64,000 nucleotides of DNA from Spirochaetia bacterium (GTDB taxonomy: Bacteria; Spirochaetota; Spirochaetia; SZUA-6; Bin103): NCBI GenBank assembly GCA_965203515.1, contig OZ241907.1:1536001-1600000 (forward strand). Reading direction: 5' to 3'. Position numbers and translations under genes: made by a program. The notes below the pieces were generated by a model that was not told the DNA's origin, did not search any database, and was given only the letters and a program-made list of their open reading frames with translations. This document shows positions 29,743-39,664 of this stretch, one piece after another. Position 1 is the stretch's first letter. Each line of letters opens with the position of its first letter.

Positions 29743-30626
29743 GGCCGGCTGCCGGCGACCGGCCGGCCGTGCGGGTCATGGTGCGCCGGCTGCTCGACGC
29801 CGGCGGCGCGGCGCGCTTCGCCCTGTCGGTACCGGTGCTCCATCTCAGCGGCCCGCCAGCGCAGGAACGCCTGCTCCTGACGGTCGCGGTTGGCGGCGCC
29901 GGGCGCCGCCGGCACGTCGATCGCGCCGGTCGTCACCGCGTCGATCTTCCGTTCGCACGCCACCACCTCGCCCTTGCTGACGATCAACGTCACGCCGACG
30001 TTGGCCTCCACGATCGGCACGCCGTTCTCCCGGGCGCGCGCCAGCACGGCCCGGTCCTGGTTCCGCGAGCGCGACCCGTAGGAGGGGATCAGCAGGTAGC
30101 GGGCGCCGTCGAGCACCGGGATGCGGGCGATCTCGGGATTCCAGCGATCGTTGCAGATCAGCATCCCGCACGGGCCGAACGGCGTGGCGAACGCGCGCGA
30201 GCGCTCGCCAAGGCGGTTGAACCACCAGTCGGCGCGGTATCCTTCGGCAAACTGCATCTTGTGGCAGGCGCCGCACGTCGCCCCCGTCGCGTCGATGAAG
30301 ACCGCGCAGTTGTAGACGTCGCCGCCGATCCGCTCGGCCAGGCCGAACGCCAGACACATGCCGAGCTCGCGGGCGAGCGCCCGGAACCGATCAATCTCCG
30401 GCCCGCGCCGGCTCACCGCCGCTTCACGCATGCGCTCGGCCGGCTCGACCCCCTCGATGATCGGCATCACCACGTACCCGTCGAGCGCCCCTTCGGGGGC
30501 GACGGCCAGCTCCGCGCCGGTATCGGCCGCCTGCCGGAACAGCTCCTCCAGGCGGTCGCCGTTGGCGGCCACGTCGAACTTCCGGGGCCGGAACGAACAG
30601 GCGGCGACGCGGACCTGCGTAAACAT
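29739..30626 (-). CDS. Carbon-nitrogen hydrolase (nitrilase superfamily)
   Basis: Glu-Lys-Cys triad motifs APEG, HKMQ, LICND. Confidence 0.85.
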   Translation of the reverse strand: MFTQVRVAACSFRPRKFDVAANGDRLEELFRQAADTGAELAVAPEGALDGYVVMPIIEGVEPAERMREAAVSRRGPEIDRFRALARELGMCLAFGLAERIGGDVYNCAVFIDATGATCGACHKMQFAEGYRADWWFNRLGERSRAFATPFGPCGMLICNDRWNPEIARIPVLDGARYLLIPSYGSRSRNQDRAVLARARENGVPIVEANVGVTLIVSKGEVVACERKIDAVTTGAIDVPAAPGAANRDRQEQAFLRWRAAEMEHRYRQGEARRAAGVEQPAHHDPHGRPVAGSRP

Positions 30627-30642
30627 GCCGACCGGCCGGCCG

Positions 30643-32085
30643 TCAAAGCCGGTACAGATCGCCGAACTTGGCGTCGAGATAGTCGATGAAGTAACGCGCG
30701 TCGAGCGCTTCTCCGGTCACCCGCCGGCAGAGCTCGGCGGCCGGATAGACGCGCCCGTGACGGTGGATGCGCTCGCGCAGCCAGTCCAGGATCTCCGCGA
30801 ACCGCCCGCCGCGGACCCGCTCCTCCCAGTCCGGGAGGTCGCGCGCCATGGCGGCGTGGAACTGCGCGCCGTACAGGTTGCCGAGCGTGTAGGTGGGGAA
30901 ATAGCCGATCGCGAACATCGACCAGTGGATGTCCTGCAGCACGCCGTCGGCGTCGCGCTCCGGGACGACGCCGAGCAGCGCCCGCGATTCCTCCCGCCAG
31001 GCATCGGGCAGGTCGTCGACCTGCAGGTCGCCGTCGACCATGCCGCGCTCCAGCGAGAAGCGGAGCAGGACGTGCAGGTTGTAGGTCACCTCGTCGGCCT
31101 CCACGCGGATGAACGACGGCTTCACGGCGTTGATCGCACGGTAGAACCGATCGAGATCGACGTCGGCCAGCGCCGGGAAGCGCGGCTGGAGATGCGGGTA
31201 GAAGTGTTCCCAGAACGCGCGCCCGCGGCCGATCGGATTCTCCCAGAACCGCGACTGCGACTCGCAGATGCCGAGCGAGGCGCCGTCGCCCAGCGCGCTG
31301 GTGGCCAGCTCCGGCGCCACGCCCAGCCCGTGCAGTCCGTGACCGCATTCGTGAATCGTCCCGAACACGCCGGCGCTCAGCAGATCGGGCCGGAACCGGG
31401 TGGTGAGCCGGCCGTCAGCGGCGCCCAGCGTAGCGGAGAACGGGTGCGCGGAGACGTCCAGGCGCCCCGTCCGGGACGAGAATCCGAGCGCCGCCAGCAG
31501 ATCGTCGCTGAACGCGCGCTGCGCGCTCACGTCATAGTCGCGCCGCAGCACCCCGTCGTCGATCGTGACCGCCGAACCGGCGATCCGCTCCAGCAGGTCG
31601 ACCAGCGGGCCGCGCAGCGCGTCGAGCACTCCGGCGAGCTCCGCGCTGCTCATCCACGGCTCGAATTCGTCCAGCAGCGGATCGTAGCGGGTATCCCGGA
31701 ATCCCAGATGGTCGGCCTTCTCGCGGGTGAGGCGCACGGTCTCCCGCAGGTCGTCCCGGAAGAGGCCGAAGTCCGACGCCTCGCGCGCGGCCACCCAGCT
31801 CGCCTGGTTGACCGCGGCCTGATGGGCGATCGCGGTCACCAGCTCGACCGGCAACCGGGTCTCCCGATCATAGGTCCTCCGCAGCTCGCGCAGGAATGCC
31901 CGATCGGCGTGGTCGAGGTCGGTGCGCGCTTCGCCGGCGGCGATCAGCTCGCCGAGCTCGGGCGCGGTCAGGCGCTCATGGACCTGGCCTTCGAGCAGGG
32001 CGAGTTGCTCCGCCCGCTCCGCTATCGCCCCCTTCGGCATGCAGGTCTCCTGATCCCAGCGCAGCACGCCGATCACGTGCCGCAT
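30643..32085 (-). CDS. Carboxypeptidase M32 (Taq-like)
   Basis: LRWDQET.MP, HPF, HECGH, ESQS, IRVEAD, DIHW, GYFPTY. The frame stays open upstream, so the true start may be nearer 32166. Confidence 0.93.
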   Translation of the reverse strand: MRHVIGVLRWDQETCMPKGAIAERAEQLALLEGQVHERLTAPELGELIAAGEARTDLDHADRAFLRELRRTYDRETRLPVELVTAIAHQAAVNQASWVAAREASDFGLFRDDLRETVRLTREKADHLGFRDTRYDPLLDEFEPWMSSAELAGVLDALRGPLVDLLERIAGSAVTIDDGVLRRDYDVSAQRAFSDDLLAALGFSSRTGRLDVSAHPFSATLGAADGRLTTRFRPDLLSAGVFGTIHECGHGLHGLGVAPELATSALGDGASLGICESQSRFWENPIGRGRAFWEHFYPHLQPRFPALADVDLDRFYRAINAVKPSFIRVEADEVTYNLHVLLRFSLERGMVDGDLQVDDLPDAWREESRALLGVVPERDADGVLQDIHWSMFAIGYFPTYTLGNLYGAQFHAAMARDLPDWEERVRGGRFAEILDWLRERIHRHGRVYPAAELCRRVTGEALDARYFIDYLDAKFGDLYRL

Positions 32086-32162
32086 CAGGCAGATCTCCCG
32101 ATCGAGCGTGCGGAGGCGCGCGAGCGGACCGGTCGCCGGCCGGACGCCGGCCGCGGACCGGT

Positions 32163-32849
32163 TCAGGTGGCGGTCTCCACCCGCACGTAGCGGGCGTAGC
32201 CGGCCGGCAGGGTGATCTCGTTCCCGGCGCCTTCCTTGCGGAATACGACTTCGGCATCGGAAACGCTCGACACGGTGATCCTGGTGCCCGGCTTCAGCCG
32301 GTGCTGGTCGAGGCGGCGCATCAGATCGGCGTTCTCCTCGGCCTCTTCGGTGATCCGCAGGATCTCGGACCGGTCGCCGGCGCGGGCGCCGGTCAGCCGC
32401 GGCGCGTCGAGCAGGCGGCGCTCGTCCGGGGAGCCGGGAAACGGATTGCCGTGCGGGCAGGTCGTCGGCCGCCCCAGCCGCTCGTACAGATGTTCCTCCA
32501 GGCGCGGCGACAGCGAGTGCTCCAGCTTGTCGGCCTCTTCGTCCACGTCTACCCAGTCGTAGCCCAGTACGTCGACCAGGAGGCGCTCCAAGAGGTAGTG
32601 GCGGCGGATGGTGTGCTCGGCCTGCACGGTGCCGCGCTGCGTGAGGCGCACGCCGTCTTCGGGATCGAGCACGACCAGCTGGTGCTGTTCCAGCCGCTTC
32701 AGGGCCTGCGAGACCGCGGCGGCCGAAACCCCGACCCGCTCGGCGATGCGGGCGCCGACGACCGGCCGACGCTCGCGCACCAGCAGGTAGATCTGGATCA
32801 GGTATTCGTTTGCCGTGGCCGACGAAGGGCGATGGACGCGCTGTGCCAT
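32163..32849 (-). CDS. DtxR/MntR family metal-dependent regulator with FeoA domain
   Basis: EYL..IY, HTH GVSAAAVS, RRHYLLERLL, EADKLEH, CPHGNP. Confidence 0.92.
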   Translation of the reverse strand: MAQRVHRPSSATANEYLIQIYLLVRERRPVVGARIAERVGVSAAAVSQALKRLEQHQLVVLDPEDGVRLTQRGTVQAEHTIRRHYLLERLLVDVLGYDWVDVDEEADKLEHSLSPRLEEHLYERLGRPTTCPHGNPFPGSPDERRLLDAPRLTGARAGDRSEILRITEEAEENADLMRRLDQHRLKPGTRITVSSVSDAEVVFRKEGAGNEITLPAGYARYVRVETAT

Positions 32850-32997
32850 GATGTCAGGTCGAACGATTGAGTTTAGTGCCGGACCGGCGCTCCGTCCACC
32901 GGCCGCGGACGGGACCGGTCAGCCCAGGCGGTCGAGCAGGTTGCGCGTGATGCGGTCGACCGTCGGATCGCCGCAGTGACCGCCCGCCCGGCGGCGG

Positions 32998-33783
32998 TCA
33001 CGTCATCGACGTCATCGAGGCGCGCAGCTGCTTGGCGGCCGGAGCCAGCAGGTGCCAGTCGCCGCCGGCGCAGATCCAGGAGACGCCGGCGTCGATCCAG
33101 TGCCGGAGGACGTCCGGGTCGGCGCCGACCGATTGTCCCATCGGCACCCCGCGCGCCCGCGCGGCGTCGAGCATCCGCTGCATGGCGGCGACCACGTCGG
33201 GATGGCCGGGCTGGCCCAACCGCCCCATCGTGCCGGACAGGTCCATGGGGCCGGGCACGATGCTGTCGACGCCGGGGATGTCGAGGATCTCGTCGATCCG
33301 GTTCACCGCGTCGATGTGCTCGATCTGCAGGATGACCAGCATCTCGGCGTCGACCTCGGCCAGGTACTCGCCGGTATCGCGCGCCCCGAACCGCACGCCC
33401 CGGGCCGGGCCGAAGCCGCGCACGCCGCGCGGCGGATAGCGGCAGCCCCGCACCGCCTGCTCGGCTTCCTCGACGCTGCCGATGCGCGGCACGATGACGG
33501 CGGCCGGGTGGATCTCGAGCAACGGCTTCATCGCCGCCGGGTCCATGGACGGCACCCGCACGAACGGGGCCAACCCCACGCCGCGGCAGGTGCGCACGTG
33601 GTTGAGCGCGTGCTCCGGGGTCATCGCCGAGTGCTCCATGTCGATCCAGACGATGTCGAAGCCGGCCTCGCCCATGATCTCGATCACGGTCGAATCGGTG
33701 AGGGAGACGTTGGTGCCGATGCAGACCTCGCCCCGGCTCCACTTGTCGCGAATCTTATCCAGATGGTTCACGGCGCCGAGCAT
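32998..33783 (-). CDS. HpcH/HpaI aldolase family protein
   Basis: GFDIVWIDMEH, RYPPRGVRG, QIE, GPMDLS. Confidence 0.9.
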   Translation of the reverse strand: MLGAVNHLDKIRDKWSRGEVCIGTNVSLTDSTVIEIMGEAGFDIVWIDMEHSAMTPEHALNHVRTCRGVGLAPFVRVPSMDPAAMKPLLEIHPAAVIVPRIGSVEEAEQAVRGCRYPPRGVRGFGPARGVRFGARDTGEYLAEVDAEMLVILQIEHIDAVNRIDEILDIPGVDSIVPGPMDLSGTMGRLGQPGHPDVVAAMQRMLDAARARGVPMGQSVGADPDVLRHWIDAGVSWICAGGDWHLLAPAAKQLRASMTSMT

Positions 33784-33836
33784 ACCGCCTTGGCGCTTGA
33801 TCGACACGCCCGCCGCTGCCACGCTACGCGCCGGCC

Positions 33837-34853
33837 GTGCAGGGCATCGCGAGCGGAGTCACCGGCGGAGCGGGGCGGGCGGCGCTGGCCGGCGCCGCGG
33901 CGCTGCTGGCGCTGGCGTGCGGCGGCCTCGACGACGGCCTGTACGCGCGGATCGTCACCGATGAGGGCCGCGTGCTGGTGCGCCTCCATCAGGAACGGGC
34001 GCCGCTGCCGGTCGCCGCGTTCGTGGGACTGGCCGAGGGCGCGCTCGCTCCCGGCCGCTTCTACGACGGCTCGATCGTGGAGATCGCCTCCGAGCAGCTC
34101 GTCATGGCCGGCGGCGCGCGCCCGCGCGGTCCGGGGCGTCCGGCCGGTCCCGACTGGGAGATCCCCGATCAGTTCCATCCGGAGCTGCGCCATGACCGGC
34201 CCGGCGTGGTCTCCCTGCTCACCGCGGGGCCGCACACCGGCAGCAGCCGCTTCGTGATCACCCGGCGGGCGGCTCCGGAGCTCGACGGGGTCTATCCGGT
34301 CTTCGGGGAGGTGGTGTCCGGCCAGGAGGCGTTGGCGAGGCTGCGCCGCGGCCAGGCGCTGAAGCGGGTCCGCATCGTGCGGGTGGGGCGCGAGGCGCGC
34401 CGCTACCGCGTCGACGGCGCGCGATTCGCCGCGCTGCGGTCGCAGGTCGCGGAGGAGTCGTTGCGCCGTCTCCTGCAGCGTGACGAGGAGGCGCGCGCGG
34501 TCTTCCGCCGGCGCTGGCCGGACGCGATCGCCACCGAGTCGGGACTGCTGTACGCGGCGCACCGGACCGGGGAGGGGCCGACCCCGGAGTTCGGGGCCAA
34601 GGTGCTCCTGCGCTACACGGGCCGCCTGCTCGACGGCACCCGGTTCGGCACCTCCGGTGCCGAGCCGCAGGAGTTCACGATCGGCGCGGTGGTGAAGGGC
34701 CTGGAGGAGATGCTGTTGGCGATGCGCCGCGGCGGCCGGCGCACCGTGCTGATCCCGCCCGACCTGGGCTACGGCGCGACCGGCGTGCCCGGCACGGTGC
34801 CGCCGCGCGCGCACCTGATCTTCGAGGTGGAGTTGGTCGACTACGCCAACTGA
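33837..34853 (+). CDS. Cyclophilin + FKBP fused peptidyl-prolyl isomerase, probable lipoprotein
   Basis: LALAC lipobox; FVGLAEG, HDRPGV, VFGEVV (cyclophilin); ESGL.Y, YTGRLLDG, IPPDLGYG, LIFEVEL (FKBP). Confidence 0.88.
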   Translation: MQGIASGVTGGAGRAALAGAAALLALACGGLDDGLYARIVTDEGRVLVRLHQERAPLPVAAFVGLAEGALAPGRFYDGSIVEIASEQLVMAGGARPRGPGRPAGPDWEIPDQFHPELRHDRPGVVSLLTAGPHTGSSRFVITRRAAPELDGVYPVFGEVVSGQEALARLRRGQALKRVRIVRVGREARRYRVDGARFAALRSQVAEESLRRLLQRDEEARAVFRRRWPDAIATESGLLYAAHRTGEGPTPEFGAKVLLRYTGRLLDGTRFGTSGAEPQEFTIGAVVKGLEEMLLAMRRGGRRTVLIPPDLGYGATGVPGTVPPRAHLIFEVELVDYAN

Positions 34854-34891
34854 CGGCGATCCGGCCGATCGGGCGCGGCGGGCGCCCGGGA

Positions 34892-36163
34892 CTACGGCAC
34901 GCGGGCGCGGTAGAGCCGGCCGGCGCCGCGCGCTTCATACGCCGGGACCGCCGCGGGGACGAACGCGGCGTCGCCGCGCCGCAAGGCGAGCGTCCCCCCC
35001 GGCCAGCGGAGGCGGGCGCCGTCGCCGAGCAGCAACAGGATCTCCGGCCCCCGCCGCGGCGCGAAGGCGCCGCCGGCCTGCAGGTCGATGACCGAAAGCT
35101 GAAACTCCTCGGCCGGCGTGGGATAGACCTGCTCGGCCGGCCCGGCCGGCCGCGGCGGCACGCGGGCGGGCGGCGCCGGCCGCAGGTCGGCGGCGGCGAG
35201 CAGCTCGTCGACATCGACGTGCTTGGTGGTGAGTCCGGCGCGCAGCACGTTGTCCGAGTTGGCCATCAGCTCGACGCCGGCCCCGCTGACGTAGGCGTGG
35301 AGTTGCCCGGGCGGGGTGAACAACGCCTCTCCCGGCCGGAGCGCGACGCGGTTGAGCAGCAGCGCGGCGATCACCGCCGGATCGTCGGGATACCGCTCCG
35401 CCAGCCGCGCCAGCAGCGCGCCGGCGGCGGAGCCGGGGGCGGCACTGCCGGGGGCGGCGGTGCCGGGGGCGGCACTGCCGGGGGCGGCGGTGCCGGGGGC
35501 GGCACTGCCGGGCGCCGTGCCGGCGACCAGCCGGCGGTGCAGGCGCGCCCCGGCCGCGCGGTCGAGCGTCAGGACGGCGCGCAGCACCCGGCCGACCGCG
35601 GCGGCGGCGTCCCGGCCGGCGGCCGTTGCGGCCAGCTCGGCAACGCCGGCCGCGGCCAGCGCGGCCTCGATCTCCGGCAGCGGCCGGATGCCGGCCAGGA
35701 CCTCCATCGGTTCCAGCGCCAGCATGAGCTCCGGTTTGTGTCCGCGGTCGCGATAGGACCGGTGCGGCGAGTCGATCGGCACGCCGGTCCGTTCCTCCTC
35801 GTCGAACCCGCGCGCGGCGCGGGCGCGCGTGGGGTGGACCTGCACCGACACCGGCCGGCCGAGCGCCAGCAGCTTGAAGAGAAACGGCAGCGCCGCTCCC
35901 TGCCCGGCCGCCCTCTGCCCGGCTGCCGCGCAACGGCCGAGCGTTTCGATCGGCCGGTCGGCGACCAGCCGGTCCAGCGTCACCCGTCCGGAACCGGAAT
36001 CGGGACCGACCTGCGCCACGGACGGCGCGACCGGGTGCGCCCCCATCCACAACTCCGCTTCGGGCCGGCCGCTCGCGGGACGTCCTGTCAGGCGGCCGAG
36101 CGCCGTACGCGACCCCCAGTCGTAGTGCCGTACCGGACATTCCAGCGGGAGGATGCCGAGCAT
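34892..36163 (-). CDS. manA: Mannose-6-phosphate isomerase, class I
   Basis: YDWGS, AELWMGAHP, LPFLFK, SVQVHP, HKPE, HAYVSG, ELMANSDNVLRAGLT. Confidence 0.93.
   Translation of the reverse strand: MLGILPLECPVRHYDWGSRTALGRLTGRPASGRPEAELWMGAHPVAPSVAQVGPDSGSGRVTLDRLVADRPIETLGRCAAAGQRAAGQGAALPFLFKLLALGRPVSVQVHPTRARAARGFDEEERTGVPIDSPHRSYRDRGHKPELMLALEPMEVLAGIRPLPEIEAALAAAGVAELAATAAGRDAAAAVGRVLRAVLTLDRAAGARLHRRLVAGTAPGSAAPGTAAPGSAAPGTAAPGSAAPGSAAGALLARLAERYPDDPAVIAALLLNRVALRPGEALFTPPGQLHAYVSGAGVELMANSDNVLRAGLTTKHVDVDELLAAADLRPAPPARVPPRPAGPAEQVYPTPAEEFQLSVIDLQAGGAFAPRRGPEILLLLGDGARLRWPGGTLALRRGDAAFVPAAVPAYEARGAGRLYRARVP
35432..35515 (-). repeat. 15-bp tandem repeat (G-S/T-A-A-P, about 5.5 copies) inside manA
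   Basis: Alternating gccgggggcggcact / gccgggggcggcggt units. Confidence 0.9.
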
Positions 36164-36249
36164 GAGCGAGTTTAGGCCGCGCCGCACGCCGTGACCACCG
36201 ATGCCTGCCTTGCCGCGGTCCGGCTATTGCTCCACCCTCACCTCGCCGC

Positions 36250-38583
36250 ATGGACAGCGACCGCGCGCACGCGATCGACCGGGCCGTGATCGACGCCCTG
36301 TCGGCCCGATCGGCACCGCCGGTCGACACCCCGGCCGCCGGCGGCCGGCCGGGCGCGCCGGACGACGACGAACCGGTCGACAAGCGCTCCGGCCTGCGAC
36401 GGGCCGACTATCTCGATATCCTGGAGTCGCAGTACCAGACGCGGCACGTCGACCTGGAAGCGCGCCGGCTCCGCGCGCGCGGCACCGGCTTCTATACGAT
36501 CGGCAGCACCGGCCACGAGGGCAACGCCGCGCTGGCGGCCGCCCTCCGTCCGACCGATCCCGCCTTCCTGCACTACCGCTCCGGCGGCTTCTTCGCGCAG
36601 CGCTCCAAGCAGGCCGACGGCAGCACCCCGGTGTTCGACGTGCTGCTCTCGCTCTGCGCCAGCTCCGACGATCCGATCGCCGGCGGCCGGCACAAAGTGT
36701 TCGGCAGTACGGCGCTGTGGATGCCGCCGCAGACCAGCACGATAGCCTCGCACCTGCCCAAGGCGATGGGCACCGCCTTCGCGATGGAGCGGGCCAAGCG
36801 GCTCGGACAATCCCTGCCGTTTCCCGACGACTCGATCGTCATCTGCACGTTCGGCGACGGCACGGTCAACCACGCGTCCGCGCTAGCCGGCATGAACGCC
36901 AGCGCGTGGGCCGCCTTTCAGAACCTGCCGATGCCGATCCTGTTCGTCTGCGAGGACAACGGCTTCGGCATCTCGGTGCAGACGCCGCCCGGCTGGGTCG
37001 AGCGGGTGTGGCATTCCTTCCCGCGCCTCAGCTACCTGAAGGCGGACGGCTGCGACATCATCGACACCTACCGCCAGGCGCGCGCCGCCGCCGAGCTGTG
37101 CCGGCGCCGGCGCGCGCCGGTCTTCCTGCACCTGGAGCTGGTCCGCCTGCTCGGCCACGCGGGCGCGGACATGGAGCTGACCTATCGTTCGCGCGAGCAG
37201 ATCCGCGCGGCGGAGGCGCGCGATCCGGTGCTGGTCAACAGCCTGCGCGCCGTGGAGCTGGGTCTGGCGCCGGCGCGGTCGCTGCTCCGATCGTACCTCG
37301 ATATCCGCGACCGGGTACGGGCGGCGGCGCGGGAAGCCGAGCGGCGGCCGCATCTGTCGAGCGCCGCCGAGATCGCCGGCGCCATCGCCGGTCACCGGCC
37401 GCGGCGCGTGCTGCGGGAGGCCGCGCGGGCCGGCCGCGCGGCGGCGCGCATCGCCCTGTTCGGGGCGGAACGGCTGCTGCCGGAGCGGCAGGGACCGCAG
37501 CACCTGGCGCGCCTCCTCAACTGGGGGTTGCTCGACCTGCTGGCCAAGTACCCGCAGATGATCCTGTTCGGCGAGGACGTAGGCCGCCGCGGCGGCGTCT
37601 ACGGCCTCACCACCCGGCTGACCGAGCGGGTCGGCTCGGCGCGCGTGTTCAACACGCTGCTCGACGAGCAGTCGATCCTGGGGCTCGCCATGGGCGCCGC
37701 CCACGTCGGCCTGCTGCCGGTGCCGGAGATCCAGTACCTGGCCTACTACCAGAACGCCCAGGACCAGATACGGAGCGAGGCGGCGACGCTTTCGTTCTTT
37801 TCGCAGGGCGGTTTCCGCAACCCGCTGGTGGTCAGGATCGCGAGCTGGGGGTACCAGCAGGGATTCGGCGGCCACTTCCACAACGACAACAGCGTCGCGG
37901 TGCTGCGCGATCTGCCGGGCGTGGTCATCGCCAGCCCGTCACGCGGCGACGACGCCGTGGGGATGCTGCGCACGGCCCTGGCGGCGGCGGTCACCGACGG
38001 CCGCGTGGTGCTGTTCCTGGAACCGATCGCGCTGTACCAGACCCGCCACCTGCACGCGGAGGGCGACGATCTCTGGCGGTTCCCGTATCCACCGCCGGGC
38101 GATGCGGTCGAGATCGGCCGCGCGCGCGTCTACCCGGCCGACGACCCGGAGCTGACCATCGTCAGCTGGAGCAACGGCCTGTGGCGGTCGCTGCAGGCGG
38201 CGCGCGCCCTGCGCGAACGGCACGGCATCGCCGCCGAGGTGATCGACCTGCGCTGGCTGGCTCCGCTCGACCTGGAGACGGTCGTGGGCCGCGGGACGCG
38301 AAGCGGCCGTATCCTGATCGTCGACGAGGGCCGCGCCACCGGCGGCGTGAGCGAAGGGCTGGTGGCCGGCATCGTCGACGCGACCGCCGACCGGCCGCAC
38401 CGGCCGGCGATCCGGCGCTATTGCGCGGCCGATTCGTTCATCCCCCTGGGGCCGGCCGCCGAGCACGTCCTGCCGTCGACCCAGGGCATCGTCGATCGGG
38501 CGGCGGACCTGGTCCGCCGCACCCGCGGCCGGCCGCCGGCATCGTCGGGGATGGGCGCTCCGGCGGCGACGGCGGCGTCGTGA
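36250..38583 (+). CDS. Fused alpha/beta E1 component of a TPP-dependent 2-oxoacid dehydrogenase
   Basis: GHEG, TPP motif GDG...EDN, RLLGH, FGEDV, FNTLLDEQ, EIQY, GGHFHN, VIDLRW. Confidence 0.9.
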   Translation: MDSDRAHAIDRAVIDALSARSAPPVDTPAAGGRPGAPDDDEPVDKRSGLRRADYLDILESQYQTRHVDLEARRLRARGTGFYTIGSTGHEGNAALAAALRPTDPAFLHYRSGGFFAQRSKQADGSTPVFDVLLSLCASSDDPIAGGRHKVFGSTALWMPPQTSTIASHLPKAMGTAFAMERAKRLGQSLPFPDDSIVICTFGDGTVNHASALAGMNASAWAAFQNLPMPILFVCEDNGFGISVQTPPGWVERVWHSFPRLSYLKADGCDIIDTYRQARAAAELCRRRRAPVFLHLELVRLLGHAGADMELTYRSREQIRAAEARDPVLVNSLRAVELGLAPARSLLRSYLDIRDRVRAAAREAERRPHLSSAAEIAGAIAGHRPRRVLREAARAGRAAARIALFGAERLLPERQGPQHLARLLNWGLLDLLAKYPQMILFGEDVGRRGGVYGLTTRLTERVGSARVFNTLLDEQSILGLAMGAAHVGLLPVPEIQYLAYYQNAQDQIRSEAATLSFFSQGGFRNPLVVRIASWGYQQGFGGHFHNDNSVAVLRDLPGVVIASPSRGDDAVGMLRTALAAAVTDGRVVLFLEPIALYQTRHLHAEGDDLWRFPYPPPGDAVEIGRARVYPADDPELTIVSWSNGLWRSLQAARALRERHGIAAEVIDLRWLAPLDLETVVGRGTRSGRILIVDEGRATGGVSEGLVAGIVDATADRPHRPAIRRYCAADSFIPLGPAAEHVLPSTQGIVDRAADLVRRTRGRPPASSGMGAPAATAAS

Positions 38584-39653
38584 GCCGCCGCGTCGTGGTG
38601 GTCTGCCCCGGCCGCGGCAGCTACGGCGCCGCGGACCTCGGCTCGCTGGCGCGCGTGGTGCCGGCCGCCTCGCGGCATGCGTTCCGGTCGGTCCTGGAGG
38701 CGACCGACGCGCGCCGGGCCGCGGCCGGCGACCCGCCGCTGTCAGCGCTCGACGGCGCCGAGCGGATGACCGCCGCGCACAGCGCCGGCGAGCACGTATC
38801 GCCGTTGATCCTGGCATGCACCGCCGCCGACTTCCTGCGCGTCGACCGCCAGCGCTGCCAGGTGGTGGCGGTGACCGGCAACAGCCTGGGCTGGTACTCG
38901 GCGCTGTTCTGCGCGGGCGCGCTGTCGCTCGCCGACGCGATGCGGCTGGTGGAGACGATGAGCGGCCTGGGCCGCAACGGCCCGGGCCGCGGCCTGGGCG
39001 GCGGCCAGCTCGTCTATCCGGTCACCGACGAGCGGTGGCTGCCCGATGACGGCCTGGCCGAGCGGGTGGAAGCCGCGCTGAGCGCCGCGCGCGCGGCCGG
39101 GCATCGGGTCGGCGATTCGATCCGCTACGGCGGCTTCCGCGTGCTGTGGGGGGACGACGCCGGCATCCGCGAGCTGCGCGCGCGGCTGCCGCGGCGCGAG
39201 TTCGGGGAGCGCGTCTACCCGCTAAGCCTGCACGGCCACGCGGCGTTCCATTCGCCGCTGCTGGCCGACTACGCGCGGCGGGCGGTCGAAGCCCTGGCCG
39301 GCGCGGTCGACTGGCGGACGCCCGAGGCGCCGCTGATCGACGGGCGCGGCCGGCAGTGGTCACCGCTCGCCGCCGACACCGCCGCGCTGGCGGAGTACAC
39401 GCTGCGCACGCAGGTGACGACCACCTTCGACTTCACCGCCTCCGTACGAGTCGCGCTCAGGGAGTTTGCGCCCGACCTGCTGGTCTGCCTGGGGCCCGGC
39501 GACGCGCTCGGCGCCCCGGTCGCGCAGGTCATCATCCGGGAACGCTGGCAGGGCATCGACGACCGCGCCGCGTTCCTCCGCCGTCAGCGGGACGACCCGC
39601 TGATCGTATCGTTCGCCCGCCCCGAGCAGCGCCGCCTAGTCGTGGAGACGTAG
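38580..39653 (+). CDS. FabD-like acyltransferase (ACP S-malonyltransferase family)
   Basis: GTG overlaps the E1 stop; CPGRGSY, GNSLG nucleophile elbow, HAAFHS, QV, LGPG. Confidence 0.8.
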   Translation: MSRRVVVVCPGRGSYGAADLGSLARVVPAASRHAFRSVLEATDARRAAAGDPPLSALDGAERMTAAHSAGEHVSPLILACTAADFLRVDRQRCQVVAVTGNSLGWYSALFCAGALSLADAMRLVETMSGLGRNGPGRGLGGGQLVYPVTDERWLPDDGLAERVEAALSAARAAGHRVGDSIRYGGFRVLWGDDAGIRELRARLPRREFGERVYPLSLHGHAAFHSPLLADYARRAVEALAGAVDWRTPEAPLIDGRGRQWSPLAADTAALAEYTLRTQVTTTFDFTASVRVALREFAPDLLVCLGPGDALGAPVAQVIIRERWQGIDDRAAFLRRQRDDPLIVSFARPEQRRLVVET

Positions 39654-39664
39654 CCGCGCCGCAG

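Noticed and set aside
36201..39653. Apparent 1150-aa ORF
   Set aside because: Only the part from GTG 38580 is protein-like; the rest is an off-frame overlap of the E1 gene.
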